A stretch of 25,073 bases of DNA from positions 1 to 25,073 of IMG/VR virus record IMGVR_UViG_3300020239_000022. One strand, given 5' to 3'. Both the position numbers and the translations under genes were made by a program. The notes beneath the pieces were generated by a model. The model saw nothing but the letters and a program-made list of their open reading frames with translations, searched no databases and was not told the DNA's origin. Of this stretch, positions 1 through 9,230 are shown one piece after another (position 1 is the first letter of the stretch; the number at the start of each line of letters is the position of its first letter). Source of the stretch: a virus. Its lineage: Duplodnaviria; Caudoviricetes.

Positions 1-242
1 CCCTGAGCACCAACACCTGTGTCCATTGCGGTAGATACTTGCCCTTGAGTATTAATAAATTCAGGAGATATACTTCCAGGAGTGTTTACTGTAAAATTAG
101 GGGGTGTATATCCAGGTATTTGAGTGTAGTCAAAACCTGCAGGAAGAATATCTCCCACAGTACCGCCAGGAAACATACCTTTTCTTTCCAAAGCCTCTAG
201 CCTGTTTTGTATTTCTTTATCTGTCAATGGTTTTTTTGGCAT
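1..242 (-). CDS. Hypothetical protein, N-terminal part only (runs off the window); possibly an internal virion protein
   Basis: Not in the ORF track. ATG at 242 after AGAGGGAAG; open frame MPKKPLTDKEIQNRLEALERKGMFPGGTVGDILPAG...GVGAQ to the window edge; continues the structural operon. Confidence 0.7.
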   Translation of the reverse strand, partial: MPKKPLTDKEIQNRLEALERKGMFPGGTVGDILPAGFDYTQIPGYTPPNFTVNTPGSISPEFINTQGQVSTAMDTGVGAQ

Positions 243-253
243 CTTTCTTCCCT

Positions 254-424
254 CTAGCCTATAATTATTTTAAGTAGTAACCCTATTACAGAAACGCTAG
301 CCCCTATAAGTATAGCTTCTATTCTGTACAGTCTTTTATCTATTGCCTCATACCTACTTGTACAAGCATCTACATGATCGTCTATCTTTTGGTTTACGGT
401 TGCGGTTGTAGGTTTTGTTGGCAT
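254..424 (-). CDS. Small membrane protein, 56 aa (holin / XhlA-like)
   Basis: Not in the ORF track. MPTKPTTATVNQKIDDHVDACTSRYEAIDKRLYRIEAILIGASVSVIGLLLKIIIG: coiled-coil-like N-terminus and one C-terminal hydrophobic helix; start overlaps the upstream stop (TAATG). Confidence 0.7.
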   Translation of the reverse strand: MPTKPTTATVNQKIDDHVDACTSRYEAIDKRLYRIEAILIGASVSVIGLLLKIIIG

Positions 425-882
425 TATAAATCTTCTCCTCTATAATTTTTTAAAGATTCTGGTAACTGTGGAAAACCAGGATCGTCATAATCTAAAGTAG
501 CATTATTTAAATCAATAAGCCTTTGTTCCCACCCTTCTCTGTTATCAGGATCACCATTGTCTATCCTATCTTGTGCAAACTCTATTTCTAAAATTTTGGA
601 TTCTTCCCATACAGTTTTCATTCTATTTTTAATTTTTTCTTTTTCAGGACCTTCTGGTATTTGTCTCTTTTTAGGAGTATGGTACAATTTACCATTTCTT
701 CTTTCTACTACAGGAGGAAGTTTTTCTTCATAAATTCCTAAAGAGGGTGCTGATTCCAATTCTACCTCTTCAAAACCTAAATTTAATAAATCTTCACCAG
801 GGTAACATTGTTCTAAGTTATCTTGTCTGTAAAGAGAATTATCTACAACTTCTCCATTTTTTACTTTTACATAATGTTTCAT
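424..882 (-). CDS. Putative tail fibre assembly chaperone / fibre-associated protein (152 aa)
   Basis: Directly follows the fibre and Gly-rich genes; C-terminal W-x-x-x-L-x-D-L...FPQLP resembles the W...LRDL...(W/F)P pattern of phage tail assembly chaperones. Confidence 0.5.
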   Translation of the reverse strand: MKHYVKVKNGEVVDNSLYRQDNLEQCYPGEDLLNLGFEEVELESAPSLGIYEEKLPPVVERRNGKLYHTPKKRQIPEGPEKEKIKNRMKTVWEESKILEIEFAQDRIDNGDPDNREGWEQRLIDLNNATLDYDDPGFPQLPESLKNYRGEDL

Positions 883-1779
883 TTATTGGTCAGCCGTATT
901 TGTTGATGGGTATGACCTTCCAGCCCCCCATATAATTCTTACACCTGCATTTCCTCCATACCCTACGTTAGGGCTAGGACCATAAGCATAAGCAGCTCCA
1001 GACCCAGCACAGCCACCGCCGTAGTCTCCTCCATCTCCTGTTCGATTACCAAAACTAGTAGAAATAGTACTGTAACTACCTCCTGCTTCACCATCAGTAC
1101 CTCCAGAGCCTCCGCCTCCGCCTGTAGTACCAGAGGACCCACCAGCAGTACCATTACTACCTTTACCTGTAAGACCAGTCCCACCGCCTGCACTTCCGTA
1201 ATTACCATAAGCAGCACCATTACCACCAGAACCTCCAGAACCTCCTAGACCTGCATTTCCAGCACCATTAGTTGAAGTTCCTGGTCCTGGTCCATCACTA
1301 TCGTAGCCAGCAGGAGCACCGCCTCCACCATGCCCATTATTAGCACCATTACCACCACTATATTTAGCATCACCTACAGAATAATTTGAATTACCTCCAG
1401 TATTATCAAAACTTCCACCAGGAGAACCTTTTTCTGCAGCAACTTGAACACTTCCACCATAGCTTACAACTACACCTTGATGAGCCCCACTACCACTTGA
1501 GTTATCAGAATCAAATTCTATAGATACACTCTGACCAGCAGCTACAGCAATATTATTTTTATAAGCTAAAGCTGCCCCACCCCCTCCCATTCCAGGAGTC
1601 ACCTGATTAGAGAATTTATATGTATTTCCACCACCTTCTCCTACTGCTACTACACAGATGCTTGATACGCCTGCTGGCACTTGCCATGATGTGCTACCAC
1701 TCTTACCTGAAAAAACTACTTGACCTGGAGCTGCTGCACCAGAAAAAGTACCTAATACCATTTGTGTTATACCACTCAT
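883..1779 (-). CDS. Glycine-rich virion protein, putative fibre-tip adhesin (298 aa)
   Basis: SWQVPAGVSSICVVAVGEGGG start, many GGG/GxG tracts and a GGNAGVRIIW end, typical of phage Gly-rich (polyglycine II-type) domains; downstream of the tail fibre. Confidence 0.7.
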   Translation of the reverse strand: MSGITQMVLGTFSGAAAPGQVVFSGKSGSTSWQVPAGVSSICVVAVGEGGGNTYKFSNQVTPGMGGGGAALAYKNNIAVAAGQSVSIEFDSDNSSGSGAHQGVVVSYGGSVQVAAEKGSPGGSFDNTGGNSNYSVGDAKYSGGNGANNGHGGGGAPAGYDSDGPGPGTSTNGAGNAGLGGSGGSGGNGAAYGNYGSAGGGTGLTGKGSNGTAGGSSGTTGGGGGSGGTDGEAGGSYSTISTSFGNRTGDGGDYGGGCAGSGAAYAYGPSPNVGYGGNAGVRIIWGAGRSYPSTNTADQ

Positions 1780-1788
1780 AAAACTCTC

Positions 1789-4638
1789 CTAACTTACATT
1801 ACCTGTTATTACGCAAACTGTTCCACTTACAAATAAAACAGTTGCTATTCCTCTAGTAGCAAGCGTTACACTGCTTTTGTCTGTATTTGTTCCAGAAATA
1901 TAAGCGGTAGTAATACTACAAGTTATAGTTATGTCTCCTGAGGAATCATTGTATATTGAAACAACATCTCCTTCACTAAACGTACTATTTGGAATTGTTA
2001 TACCAGCTTGTGCTTGAACAAATTTACCTACATCTCCTGTAGCTAATGTATAACTACCACTTTTAGACCCTACATTAGGCACATTTAAAAATCCAACACT
2101 ACCCCAACTTAAAGTATTAGAGCCATCTGTTTTTAAAGCCTGCCCATCTGAACCATCTGCATTAGGTAATACCCACACTTCATTAGATGATATAGCATCT
2201 GGAGCTTTAAACCCTACATAGTTTGCACCATTAGCTGCTAGTTCTTGAAATCTTAATTCTGTACCATTTCCTGCACTGGTACCATGAGGTGCCATGCTTA
2301 TACCACCTGCAGCTACAACTGCTGTAGTATCATTACCATCTTCATCATATTCAATACTTATATCTTGATCTGAACCAAGATAAATTTTCTTATCATCTGC
2401 AATATATAAGTCACCCCACTCAAGCGATGTGCTACCTAAATCAGCACCACCTGAAGCGTCAGGCACAACAGAAGTTTCTGCTGTAAATGTATTTGTTCTA
2501 ATTCCAGAAGTACCATTGTCAATAGCACCAAATCCTGAAGTAATAGAACCACCATCTAAATCACCTACTGAAGTAATATTTGTTTGAGCAGCAGTTGTTA
2601 ATGTACCTGCAATGTTACCAAAAGCTACATTACCTGCTGTACCACTAAATACTTCTGAAGAGTTTGTAGCATCTGGTATAAATGTAAATACGCTAGCAGA
2701 ATCGTCATAACCAAAGAAACCTACTTTAGCAGCAGAGCCTGTATGATACCTAAACTCAATACCTCTATCTTTATTATCATCAGAGCCTGGAGCAGAATCT
2801 CCACCTAATGTAAAGATAGGATCATCTATAGTTACTGTAGTAGAGTTTACAGTTGTTGTAGTACCATTAACAGTAAGATCACCTGCCACCGCAACATTAG
2901 CACCATCAAATGTTAAAGCAGTTGTAGTACCTGATTTAATAATTAAGTTACCTGAAGTATTAGTTGCACTACCAAATGTTGTGCCTCCATCTTTAAAGAA
3001 TATGTCTCCTCCATCTGCATCTAATATAATATCTGTTGTAGCATCTAAAGTTAAATCACCGCCAGAATCTATTTCTGCTATTATAGGAGTTGTTAATGTT
3101 TTGTTTGTTAAAGTATCTGTTGTTGCTTTACCAACTAAAGTATCTGTAGTAGGCGGTAAAGTTAAAGTAACATTACCTGAGTAATCTGAGTGTGCTGCAG
3201 ATTGTAATTGTGTGTAGTGAGCATTACTTGTTTCACAATAAAATCTTACATAAGATTGAGCACCAGAGTTTTTAATTGATATAGAACCTGATTGTATATC
3301 AACTCCACTAGAACCATCTATTTGTACAACACCAGTACCATTTGGTGTAAGGGCTATATTACCGTTAGATGTAGAAACTAAAGCATTACCATTTACATCT
3401 AAATTACCACCTAGTTGTGGAGTAGAGTCTTCTACAACATTAGAGATAGCACCTGATGTAGCAAGACCTGCTACTAAAGTAGACCTAGCTACTTTTTTTA
3501 ACCCACCACCAGAAGTATCTACAGCTAATAAAACATCATCATTAGCAATAGTACTTATTTCAGATAAATCTCCAACAGCAGTAGGATTATAATTAGTACC
3601 ATCAGCAATAAGTAAATGACCTGCAGTGTTTGTAGCCATAGTAAGATCATCACCAGATATGGTAAGATCACCTCCTACAGTAACATTACCTGTAGTAGTA
3701 ATTGTATCTATATAAGCATCTTTCCATCTAACACCTGTTGTGCCTAGATCAACATCACTATCTGATTGTGGACCAAATATATTATCAGCTAAGTATACTT
3801 GTTCTGTATTATTAGCATAAAAATGTATTTCGTTAGCAGTTTCAAAATCTATTTTTGTTTGATCGTCTTCACCAATTTTGATATCGGTTGCTAGTAAAGA
3901 AGTAATACCTGTTTGTGCTGCATCTACTGCTATAGTTACAGTATTAGAAGAACCTGTTGTTGTTACACCAGTACCTCCTGCAATAGTAAGAGATTCACTA
4001 TCTAAATCAATACTTAAAGCTCCGCCTGAATCTCCTTGAAAATCTAAATCTTGAGCTGTTACTTGTGAATCTACATAAGCTTTAATTGATTGTTGTGTAG
4101 CAAGTTTAGTAGCAGAATTAGAAGACATATTATCTTCATCGGCTATATCTGTAATAGTTACTGAACCATCAGATAAAGACCCAAAACTTAAAGTTCCAGA
4201 CACATCAACAGCACCATTCATATCAATGGTAGTAGCAGCTATTTGTATTTCTGTATCAGCAACTAAATCTAATTGTCCATCCGTAGAAGAATTAATATAT
4301 ATTGCAGTATCTCTAAATTGTATTTTTTCTGTAGTGCTTAATAGTAGATCATCAGAAAATTGAAAGTAATCTTCATCTTCCATCCAAGTTATAACACCAT
4401 CATTTGAATTAGCATTAAATGTAACAGCTATATCAGTATCTGCACCTGTACCCATACTAATAGTATTACTAAATAATGTTGAGAGGGGTCCGCCATCTCC
4501 TGCTGTACTACCATCATGAGTATGCCCAGTAGATACATTAAAAGCTGCTAAAATAGCATTAAACTCATTATTAGTATGAGCTGCTGTTATCGTATCTCCT
4601 GTAGTATAACTCGATTGTCTTGCTGAATAAACTGCCAT
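1789..4638 (-). CDS. Tail fibre protein (949 aa)
   Basis: Podovirus fibre N-terminus (GDTITAAHTNNEFNAILAAF...GHTHDG); T/G/S/D-rich beta-repeat modules (TPQLGGNLDVNG, TDTLTNKTLT, DLTVNGTTTTVNSTTVTIDD, DRGIEFRY); follows the nozzle gene. Confidence 0.85.
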   Translation of the reverse strand: MAVYSARQSSYTTGDTITAAHTNNEFNAILAAFNVSTGHTHDGSTAGDGGPLSTLFSNTISMGTGADTDIAVTFNANSNDGVITWMEDEDYFQFSDDLLLSTTEKIQFRDTAIYINSSTDGQLDLVADTEIQIAATTIDMNGAVDVSGTLSFGSLSDGSVTITDIADEDNMSSNSATKLATQQSIKAYVDSQVTAQDLDFQGDSGGALSIDLDSESLTIAGGTGVTTTGSSNTVTIAVDAAQTGITSLLATDIKIGEDDQTKIDFETANEIHFYANNTEQVYLADNIFGPQSDSDVDLGTTGVRWKDAYIDTITTTGNVTVGGDLTISGDDLTMATNTAGHLLIADGTNYNPTAVGDLSEISTIANDDVLLAVDTSGGGLKKVARSTLVAGLATSGAISNVVEDSTPQLGGNLDVNGNALVSTSNGNIALTPNGTGVVQIDGSSGVDIQSGSISIKNSGAQSYVRFYCETSNAHYTQLQSAAHSDYSGNVTLTLPPTTDTLVGKATTDTLTNKTLTTPIIAEIDSGGDLTLDATTDIILDADGGDIFFKDGGTTFGSATNTSGNLIIKSGTTTALTFDGANVAVAGDLTVNGTTTTVNSTTVTIDDPIFTLGGDSAPGSDDNKDRGIEFRYHTGSAAKVGFFGYDDSASVFTFIPDATNSSEVFSGTAGNVAFGNIAGTLTTAAQTNITSVGDLDGGSITSGFGAIDNGTSGIRTNTFTAETSVVPDASGGADLGSTSLEWGDLYIADDKKIYLGSDQDISIEYDEDGNDTTAVVAAGGISMAPHGTSAGNGTELRFQELAANGANYVGFKAPDAISSNEVWVLPNADGSDGQALKTDGSNTLSWGSVGFLNVPNVGSKSGSYTLATGDVGKFVQAQAGITIPNSTFSEGDVVSIYNDSSGDITITCSITTAYISGTNTDKSSVTLATRGIATVLFVSGTVCVITGNVS

Positions 4639-4641
4639 TGC

Positions 4642-6168
4642 TTATCTCCTACCTGCTGCTGCAAATTCTAAACTAAACCCTCTTAATGAATAGGGTGCTG
4701 AGGTTTCATCAGACTTTTCTGTAAACTGTACTGCTACCGCAAATCCTGAACCTGTTATGGGTTGCCTAATTAAAACAAATTCTGCACCGCCATATATTGA
4801 ACCACCATATGTCGATGTACCATATAAAGCTAAATCTGCAGTGCCTTCAAAAGGAATACTTGATGGATTTGGGGTATCAGAGGAACCAAAATCGTATTCT
4901 AAGCCTAAATTAGTAGCTAATGATCCTTCTGGTCTGTAATTTATTATAGCTCTATGTAATCTTTTTCTAATTCCAGGATCACCCATAGTTAAGTGGGCTG
5001 ATTTGAAACGTGCCTGAATACTTAAAGAATCGTCTCCAGCGTTAGTAAATGTATTTCCTGATTCTTGTTTGTATATGTAACCATCATGCCCTCCATGTAT
5101 TACAAACTCAACATTATTAATATATCCACTATCGGCACAATTAGGTTTTATTCCTTTTATATCTGAATATTCCCATCTGTCACCTTTAAATACTGCTATA
5201 ATTCCTGTAGAATCTGCCTCATCGCTAGCTTCAGAAAAAAATATTCGGTATTGTGTTTTAGCTTTTACTACAACAGAAACTATAGTAGATGCTGCCGTAC
5301 CTAAATTTAAAGATGTAAACCTTCTTTGTACATTTCTAGATATAACACCAAGTTCTACGTCACCAATTTTTTCTGTACCTGCAATAGTTCTTAAACCATC
5401 GGCAGATAGAAAAATAATATCACCACCTACTTCTTGTATGCTTTGTGAAGCAACACAACCTACATTAGTTGTTACTGGTTGCATTTGAAAATCTGCTATG
5501 CTATTTCCTACTAGCCTAAATATTGCATTAGTACAAAATATGTAAAGCTGTTCTCTAAATACTTTTAATCCTACTATATCACTAGTTACTGATATAGAAC
5601 CTGCACCTTTGGCAGCACTAAAATCACCTTCTGCATATGGGGCAGAAAATATTATTTTTTGTCGTGTAGCAGACATACCTGCATAGAAGGCATGGTTTTT
5701 AAATATTTTTACAAACTTAGGATTGGCAGGTGCTCCTGTACCACTAATGTCTGTTACTGAACTATTGTCGTAAGAGGATGCATTATTAGCACCATCAGCC
5801 CATATTATTTTTTCTGTACCACTCATATTATAAATATCAAAATCATATCTACCTGCACTAGTTCTGCCAGAGTCTATTTGTGTTACAGAACTTGAACCTG
5901 AAGAAATTTTAAATACTTCAGTGCCCCTAGCAGCTATTACTTGGTCTTCAAATACAGCAACCATAAGTATAGCACCTGAAGTGCTGCCAGACGTTACAAC
6001 ATTAGTATTAAATTTTTCAAAACCTGAAATACGCCTATATCCACCACCAATATCAGGTTCAAAGTTTGTTAATTCCATAGCTTCGCCAGGTTCCATTTCA
6101 AATTGAGATTTATTAAGAACTAAACCTCCTTTAAGATTAACTACATATGGGTTCAACATATCTGCCAT
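4642..6168 (-). CDS. Tail nozzle / tail tubular protein B-like (P22 gp10-type stabilisation) protein (508 aa)
   Basis: GGL-x-L N-terminus, GGYRRISG, and the beta-propeller-like IVGLKVFREQLYIF and VGCVASQSIQEVGGDIIFLSADGLR motifs; lies between adaptor and fibre. Confidence 0.75.
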   Translation of the reverse strand: MADMLNPYVVNLKGGLVLNKSQFEMEPGEAMELTNFEPDIGGGYRRISGFEKFNTNVVTSGSTSGAILMVAVFEDQVIAARGTEVFKISSGSSSVTQIDSGRTSAGRYDFDIYNMSGTEKIIWADGANNASSYDNSSVTDISGTGAPANPKFVKIFKNHAFYAGMSATRQKIIFSAPYAEGDFSAAKGAGSISVTSDIVGLKVFREQLYIFCTNAIFRLVGNSIADFQMQPVTTNVGCVASQSIQEVGGDIIFLSADGLRTIAGTEKIGDVELGVISRNVQRRFTSLNLGTAASTIVSVVVKAKTQYRIFFSEASDEADSTGIIAVFKGDRWEYSDIKGIKPNCADSGYINNVEFVIHGGHDGYIYKQESGNTFTNAGDDSLSIQARFKSAHLTMGDPGIRKRLHRAIINYRPEGSLATNLGLEYDFGSSDTPNPSSIPFEGTADLALYGTSTYGGSIYGGAEFVLIRQPITGSGFAVAVQFTEKSDETSAPYSLRGFSLEFAAAGRR

Positions 6169-7283
6169 TATACTGCAAACATGTAGTTTTTACGGTTAAG
6201 CAAATCGGTTCTCATTCTTTGTAAGCCAAAACTATACTCTTGTAAGTATACTTGTGCTAATTGTGGGTCAGAACGTGTAAGTAAAGTATAGTAAGCTGCC
6301 CTTTTTACTATAAGGTCGTGGTAACGAGTTGGTAAGCTAGGCGTGTCATCTGAACCAGATAAGTCTGTAGGGGCAGTATAATAATCATACTCCACTGTAT
6401 AAGAACTTTTATCTGGAACAGGTGATACCCCAAACGTAAGTGCTGTAGCAGAACTAGTAGTCCTGTATACACAATCAGGCTCTGCAAAATGGTCTGGGTT
6501 TTGGTGTTTATCAGTACTCGCAACACGTTGTCTCCACTCATCCTCATTTAAATATTTTAAGCTTTTAGGATGAAAATTTTCTTTTACGCTTACGTTATCT
6601 ACAAGCACTGTAGAAGATGCTGTAGAATTTTTTATTGTTAAAAAATGTTGTGTAGCAGATGCGTCAAAAGTAAAGTTATGATAACTTAAATCACCTTCAT
6701 CATTTGATCCACCTGCAGATGTATATGTGCCTGTCACTACGTCAGTAGCTAATGCACTTGTACCTACAGAAACATCAAGGCTAGGACTAATAGCTGTACC
6801 AGATTCACTAGCATTTTTCATAGCAAATGATACCATGTATTGCCTACCTCTAGTTAAAGAGACTGCTTGATAAACTGCAGATGTTCCTGAACCTGCTGCT
6901 AAAGATAATGAACCTGAGGAATATGTTGCTGAACCAGTACCAGAACTTGATTCTGTCCAATTAGTTATATTACTTGTAAATTCACCATTAGTTATAAGTT
7001 CTGTAGGTAGTAGGATAAAACTATCCCAATCTATTGTATTAGCTGCTGTCGGTGCTGTATATTCTGATATTCCTGCTGTTAGTGCAGATGTGCCTGAAGC
7101 TATTAAATAAGACCATTCTACCTCAGAAGTAGCGATGTCTCTTATAGATTTATTTATGTTTTCTTTTACTGTATTTTGTATGCCTACAGTAGCTGCTGCC
7201 GAAGATAGGTCTGCAGAAGTAGAAAGCTCAGGTTCGTTTAATTCTACTAATACTTTGTTTACTAATGAAAGAAATGATGCCAT
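6168..7283 (-). CDS. Head-tail adaptor / tail tubular protein A-like protein with an inserted beta-sandwich domain (371 aa)
   Basis: N-terminal FLSLVNKVLVELNE and C-terminal PVPDKSSYTVEYDYY...DLSGSDDTPSLPTRYHDLIV are typical of podovirus adaptors; directly upstream of the nozzle. Confidence 0.75.
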   Translation of the reverse strand: MASFLSLVNKVLVELNEPELSTSADLSSAAATVGIQNTVKENINKSIRDIATSEVEWSYLIASGTSALTAGISEYTAPTAANTIDWDSFILLPTELITNGEFTSNITNWTESSSGTGSATYSSGSLSLAAGSGTSAVYQAVSLTRGRQYMVSFAMKNASESGTAISPSLDVSVGTSALATDVVTGTYTSAGGSNDEGDLSYHNFTFDASATQHFLTIKNSTASSTVLVDNVSVKENFHPKSLKYLNEDEWRQRVASTDKHQNPDHFAEPDCVYRTTSSATALTFGVSPVPDKSSYTVEYDYYTAPTDLSGSDDTPSLPTRYHDLIVKRAAYYTLLTRSDPQLAQVYLQEYSFGLQRMRTDLLNRKNYMFAV

Positions 7284-7290
7284 GTTTTGC

Positions 7291-7632
7291 CTACGTTGTT
7301 AATGGATTATAAATTAATTCTACACCTACTACTGCATGTATTGTGCTTGCTGTCCCTGCAGTAACTGTTACCTTGTCTCCTGCTTCTAATACTAAAGTTG
7401 TATCTATCCAATTTGTAAAGCCTTCTCCTGCTATAGATGTTGCACCTGATAAGGCATAGTATGTAGTAGCGGATGAATCGTAGTATTCTATCTTAGCTGT
7501 CTTGCTTGATGCATTTACGTTTGCTACGTTTATAAACTTTACTACACCTTTAAAATTACTAGGACACTCATATATATCTGTCCTATTTGTATCAGAAGGT
7601 GCTGCACCTGCAGTAATAAACGTATTGTTCAT
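7291..7632 (-). CDS. Small beta-rich virion structural protein (113 aa)
   Basis: TDIYECP...INVANVNA...LVLEAGDKVTVTA pattern common in podovirus minor structural proteins; lies between capsid and tail genes. Confidence 0.6.
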   Translation of the reverse strand: MNNTFITAGAAPSDTNRTDIYECPSNFKGVVKFINVANVNASSKTAKIEYYDSSATTYYALSGATSIAGEGFTNWIDTTLVLEAGDKVTVTAGTASTIHAVVGVELIYNPLTT

Positions 7633-7633
7633 C

Positions 7634-7771
7634 TTAATCGTTTGATTTTTTAGTTTCTATTGAAATTATTACTTCTTGCTCTTTAGGTATATCTGCAGAC
7701 AGATTGATTGCACTTGCTGCACATCCTGTGATGCTGAAACCTAATAAAACTATTATAAATATGTTTTTCAT
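7634..7771 (-). CDS. Small putative lipoprotein (45 aa)
   Basis: Not in the ORF track. MKNIFIIVLLGFSITGCAASAINLSADIPKEQEVIISIETKKSND: basic N-terminus, hydrophobic core, lipobox ITG|C; AGGA RBS; fills the gap to the next gene almost exactly. Confidence 0.7.
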   Translation of the reverse strand: MKNIFIIVLLGFSITGCAASAINLSADIPKEQEVIISIETKKSND

Positions 7772-7783
7772 CGTATGTCCTGT

Positions 7784-7810
7784 AAAAAGTGGGGAGAATT
7801 AACCCCCCAC
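7784..7810 (-). terminator. Rho-independent terminator after the capsid/decoration genes
   Basis: Minus strand GTGGGGGG-TTAATT-CTCCCCAC followed by TTTTT, 12 nt after the stop of the 148-aa gene. Confidence 0.8.
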
Positions 7811-7822
7811 CTTAGTTGATTG

Positions 7823-8269
7823 TTAAGCGTATGTATCGCCTGTAGCGTCATCACCGACTGGACCTTCACAGTCAGCCATTAAAGCCCATACTCGGACTTT
7901 AGAGTTAACGTCTGCAGTAGCAACAGTCACATCAAGTGTGTCTGCTGTAGGATATGGTACAAACATTTCCCCAACAGCATCACCAGAAGTCATGGAACCT
8001 GCAGAAGTTTGAACAGCAGCAGCAACATAAGTTACTGTACCGTCTCCTAATGCAAGTGTACCTGTTCCAGTACCTGCTGTTATTTTATCAATGCCTGCAT
8101 TTAATACCACTGTGTTAGCAGGAATATTAATTGCTTGGTAAACATCACCACTTGTTAAAGCAGTTGATGTTCCATCAATAATAGTTGTTTGCACATAAAC
8201 TTTAGCGACACCATTACCTGCAACGTGACCTGTAGTGCCTGTACCGCCTGTTTTAGTTAAAGTAGCCAT
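7823..8269 (-). CDS. Putative capsid decoration/cement protein (148 aa)
   Basis: Small T/A/G-rich beta protein directly after the major capsid gene and before the terminator; strong AAGGAGGA RBS. Confidence 0.6.
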   Translation of the reverse strand: MATLTKTGGTGTTGHVAGNGVAKVYVQTTIIDGTSTALTSGDVYQAINIPANTVVLNAGIDKITAGTGTGTLALGDGTVTYVAAAVQTSAGSMTSGDAVGEMFVPYPTADTLDVTVATADVNSKVRVWALMADCEGPVGDDATGDTYA

Positions 8270-8283
8270 TAGTTATCCTCCTT

Positions 8284-9195
8284 CTAATCTATTTTAACGA
8301 AGGCTTTTGCAATGGATTCAGTTCTTAGAACTTTTCTTCCATATACATGTAAGCCTCGAACAATATCAGCGAAAGATTCAGTGTCCCTTACAACTTCAGT
8401 TTTAGCAATTTGTGAAGCAGTAGATACACCACCTTGGTGTCCTGCTAACACTTGATAAACGTCAGAAGTACTAGCAGAAGGCATATTGTTTGACTTATAA
8501 AGTCTAAAGCCGTTTACTAGTTGTGGAACTACTAAGCCATTTCTAATTTGTGAACTACCTTCGTTTAAGAAGTTAGCATCGACTAATTTTGAGCTTGTTT
8601 GTTGTAGTTGTTCAAAGAAAATCGGAGCAGCTACAGCCCAACGGTTGTCCGTAGGAACGTTTTGGTCGTCTAGGAGTCTTCCTAGTCTAGCAAGTACGTT
8701 AATAGGGTCAACTTCACCAGTATCAAAACCAGTGTCGATTGAGTTTGTTGCGTGGTCCGCACCATATGTGTTAGCTGAAGTAACACTTGAAGCGATGTTT
8801 GAGAGAACCTCTGAATCATAGCTGTCTTTAAGTGCATATGCACCTGCTGACGTTGCTAATGTTTCAAAATTAATGTGTCCTTGTCTTTCTTCAATATCGT
8901 CTACTTTAAAAGCAAATGCGTTAGCTTTGTCAATAGTTAATTGAATTTCATCATCTGCTAGGTCTTGCGTATTAACTGCAGCACCTCTTGCATATGAAGA
9001 GACAGAGATTGTTGGTTCTTTTATTATTCTTACAGTATCGCCAAAGTTTTCAATTTCTCCTGTATAGTCAGTGTTGGTAATATCCTCAACAACTGAAGCT
9101 TTACGGAAGAATTTAAGAACTTTTTGACTGTAAATCTCAGGTAAAAAATTACCTGAAGGCAAGTTAGTATAACCTGCTGAACTTGAGATAGCCAT
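8284..9195 (-). CDS. Major capsid protein (303 aa)
   Basis: NFLPEIYSQKVL...ITNTDYTGEIENFGDTVRI, FAFKVDDIE, LDDQNVPTDNRW, FADIVRGLHVYGRKV: conserved podovirus HK97-fold coat motifs; follows the scaffold. Confidence 0.92.
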   Translation of the reverse strand: MAISSSAGYTNLPSGNFLPEIYSQKVLKFFRKASVVEDITNTDYTGEIENFGDTVRIIKEPTISVSSYARGAAVNTQDLADDEIQLTIDKANAFAFKVDDIEERQGHINFETLATSAGAYALKDSYDSEVLSNIASSVTSANTYGADHATNSIDTGFDTGEVDPINVLARLGRLLDDQNVPTDNRWAVAAPIFFEQLQQTSSKLVDANFLNEGSSQIRNGLVVPQLVNGFRLYKSNNMPSASTSDVYQVLAGHQGGVSTASQIAKTEVVRDTESFADIVRGLHVYGRKVLRTESIAKAFVKID

Positions 9196-9230
9196 AATCT
9201 ATATCCTTTGTTAGTTAAAAAGTTAATAAA

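Noticed and set aside
963-1226. Hydrophobic 87-aa alternative-frame ORF that looks like a membrane protein or holin
   Set aside because: Val/Leu/Met richness is the shifted-frame reading of GGT/GCT codons in the Gly-rich gene; no independent support.
4510-4530. HxH motif (GHTHDG) in the tail fibre as an iron-binding receptor-mimic site
   Set aside because: A single copy in the N-terminal virion-attachment region rather than repeated in the distal tip.
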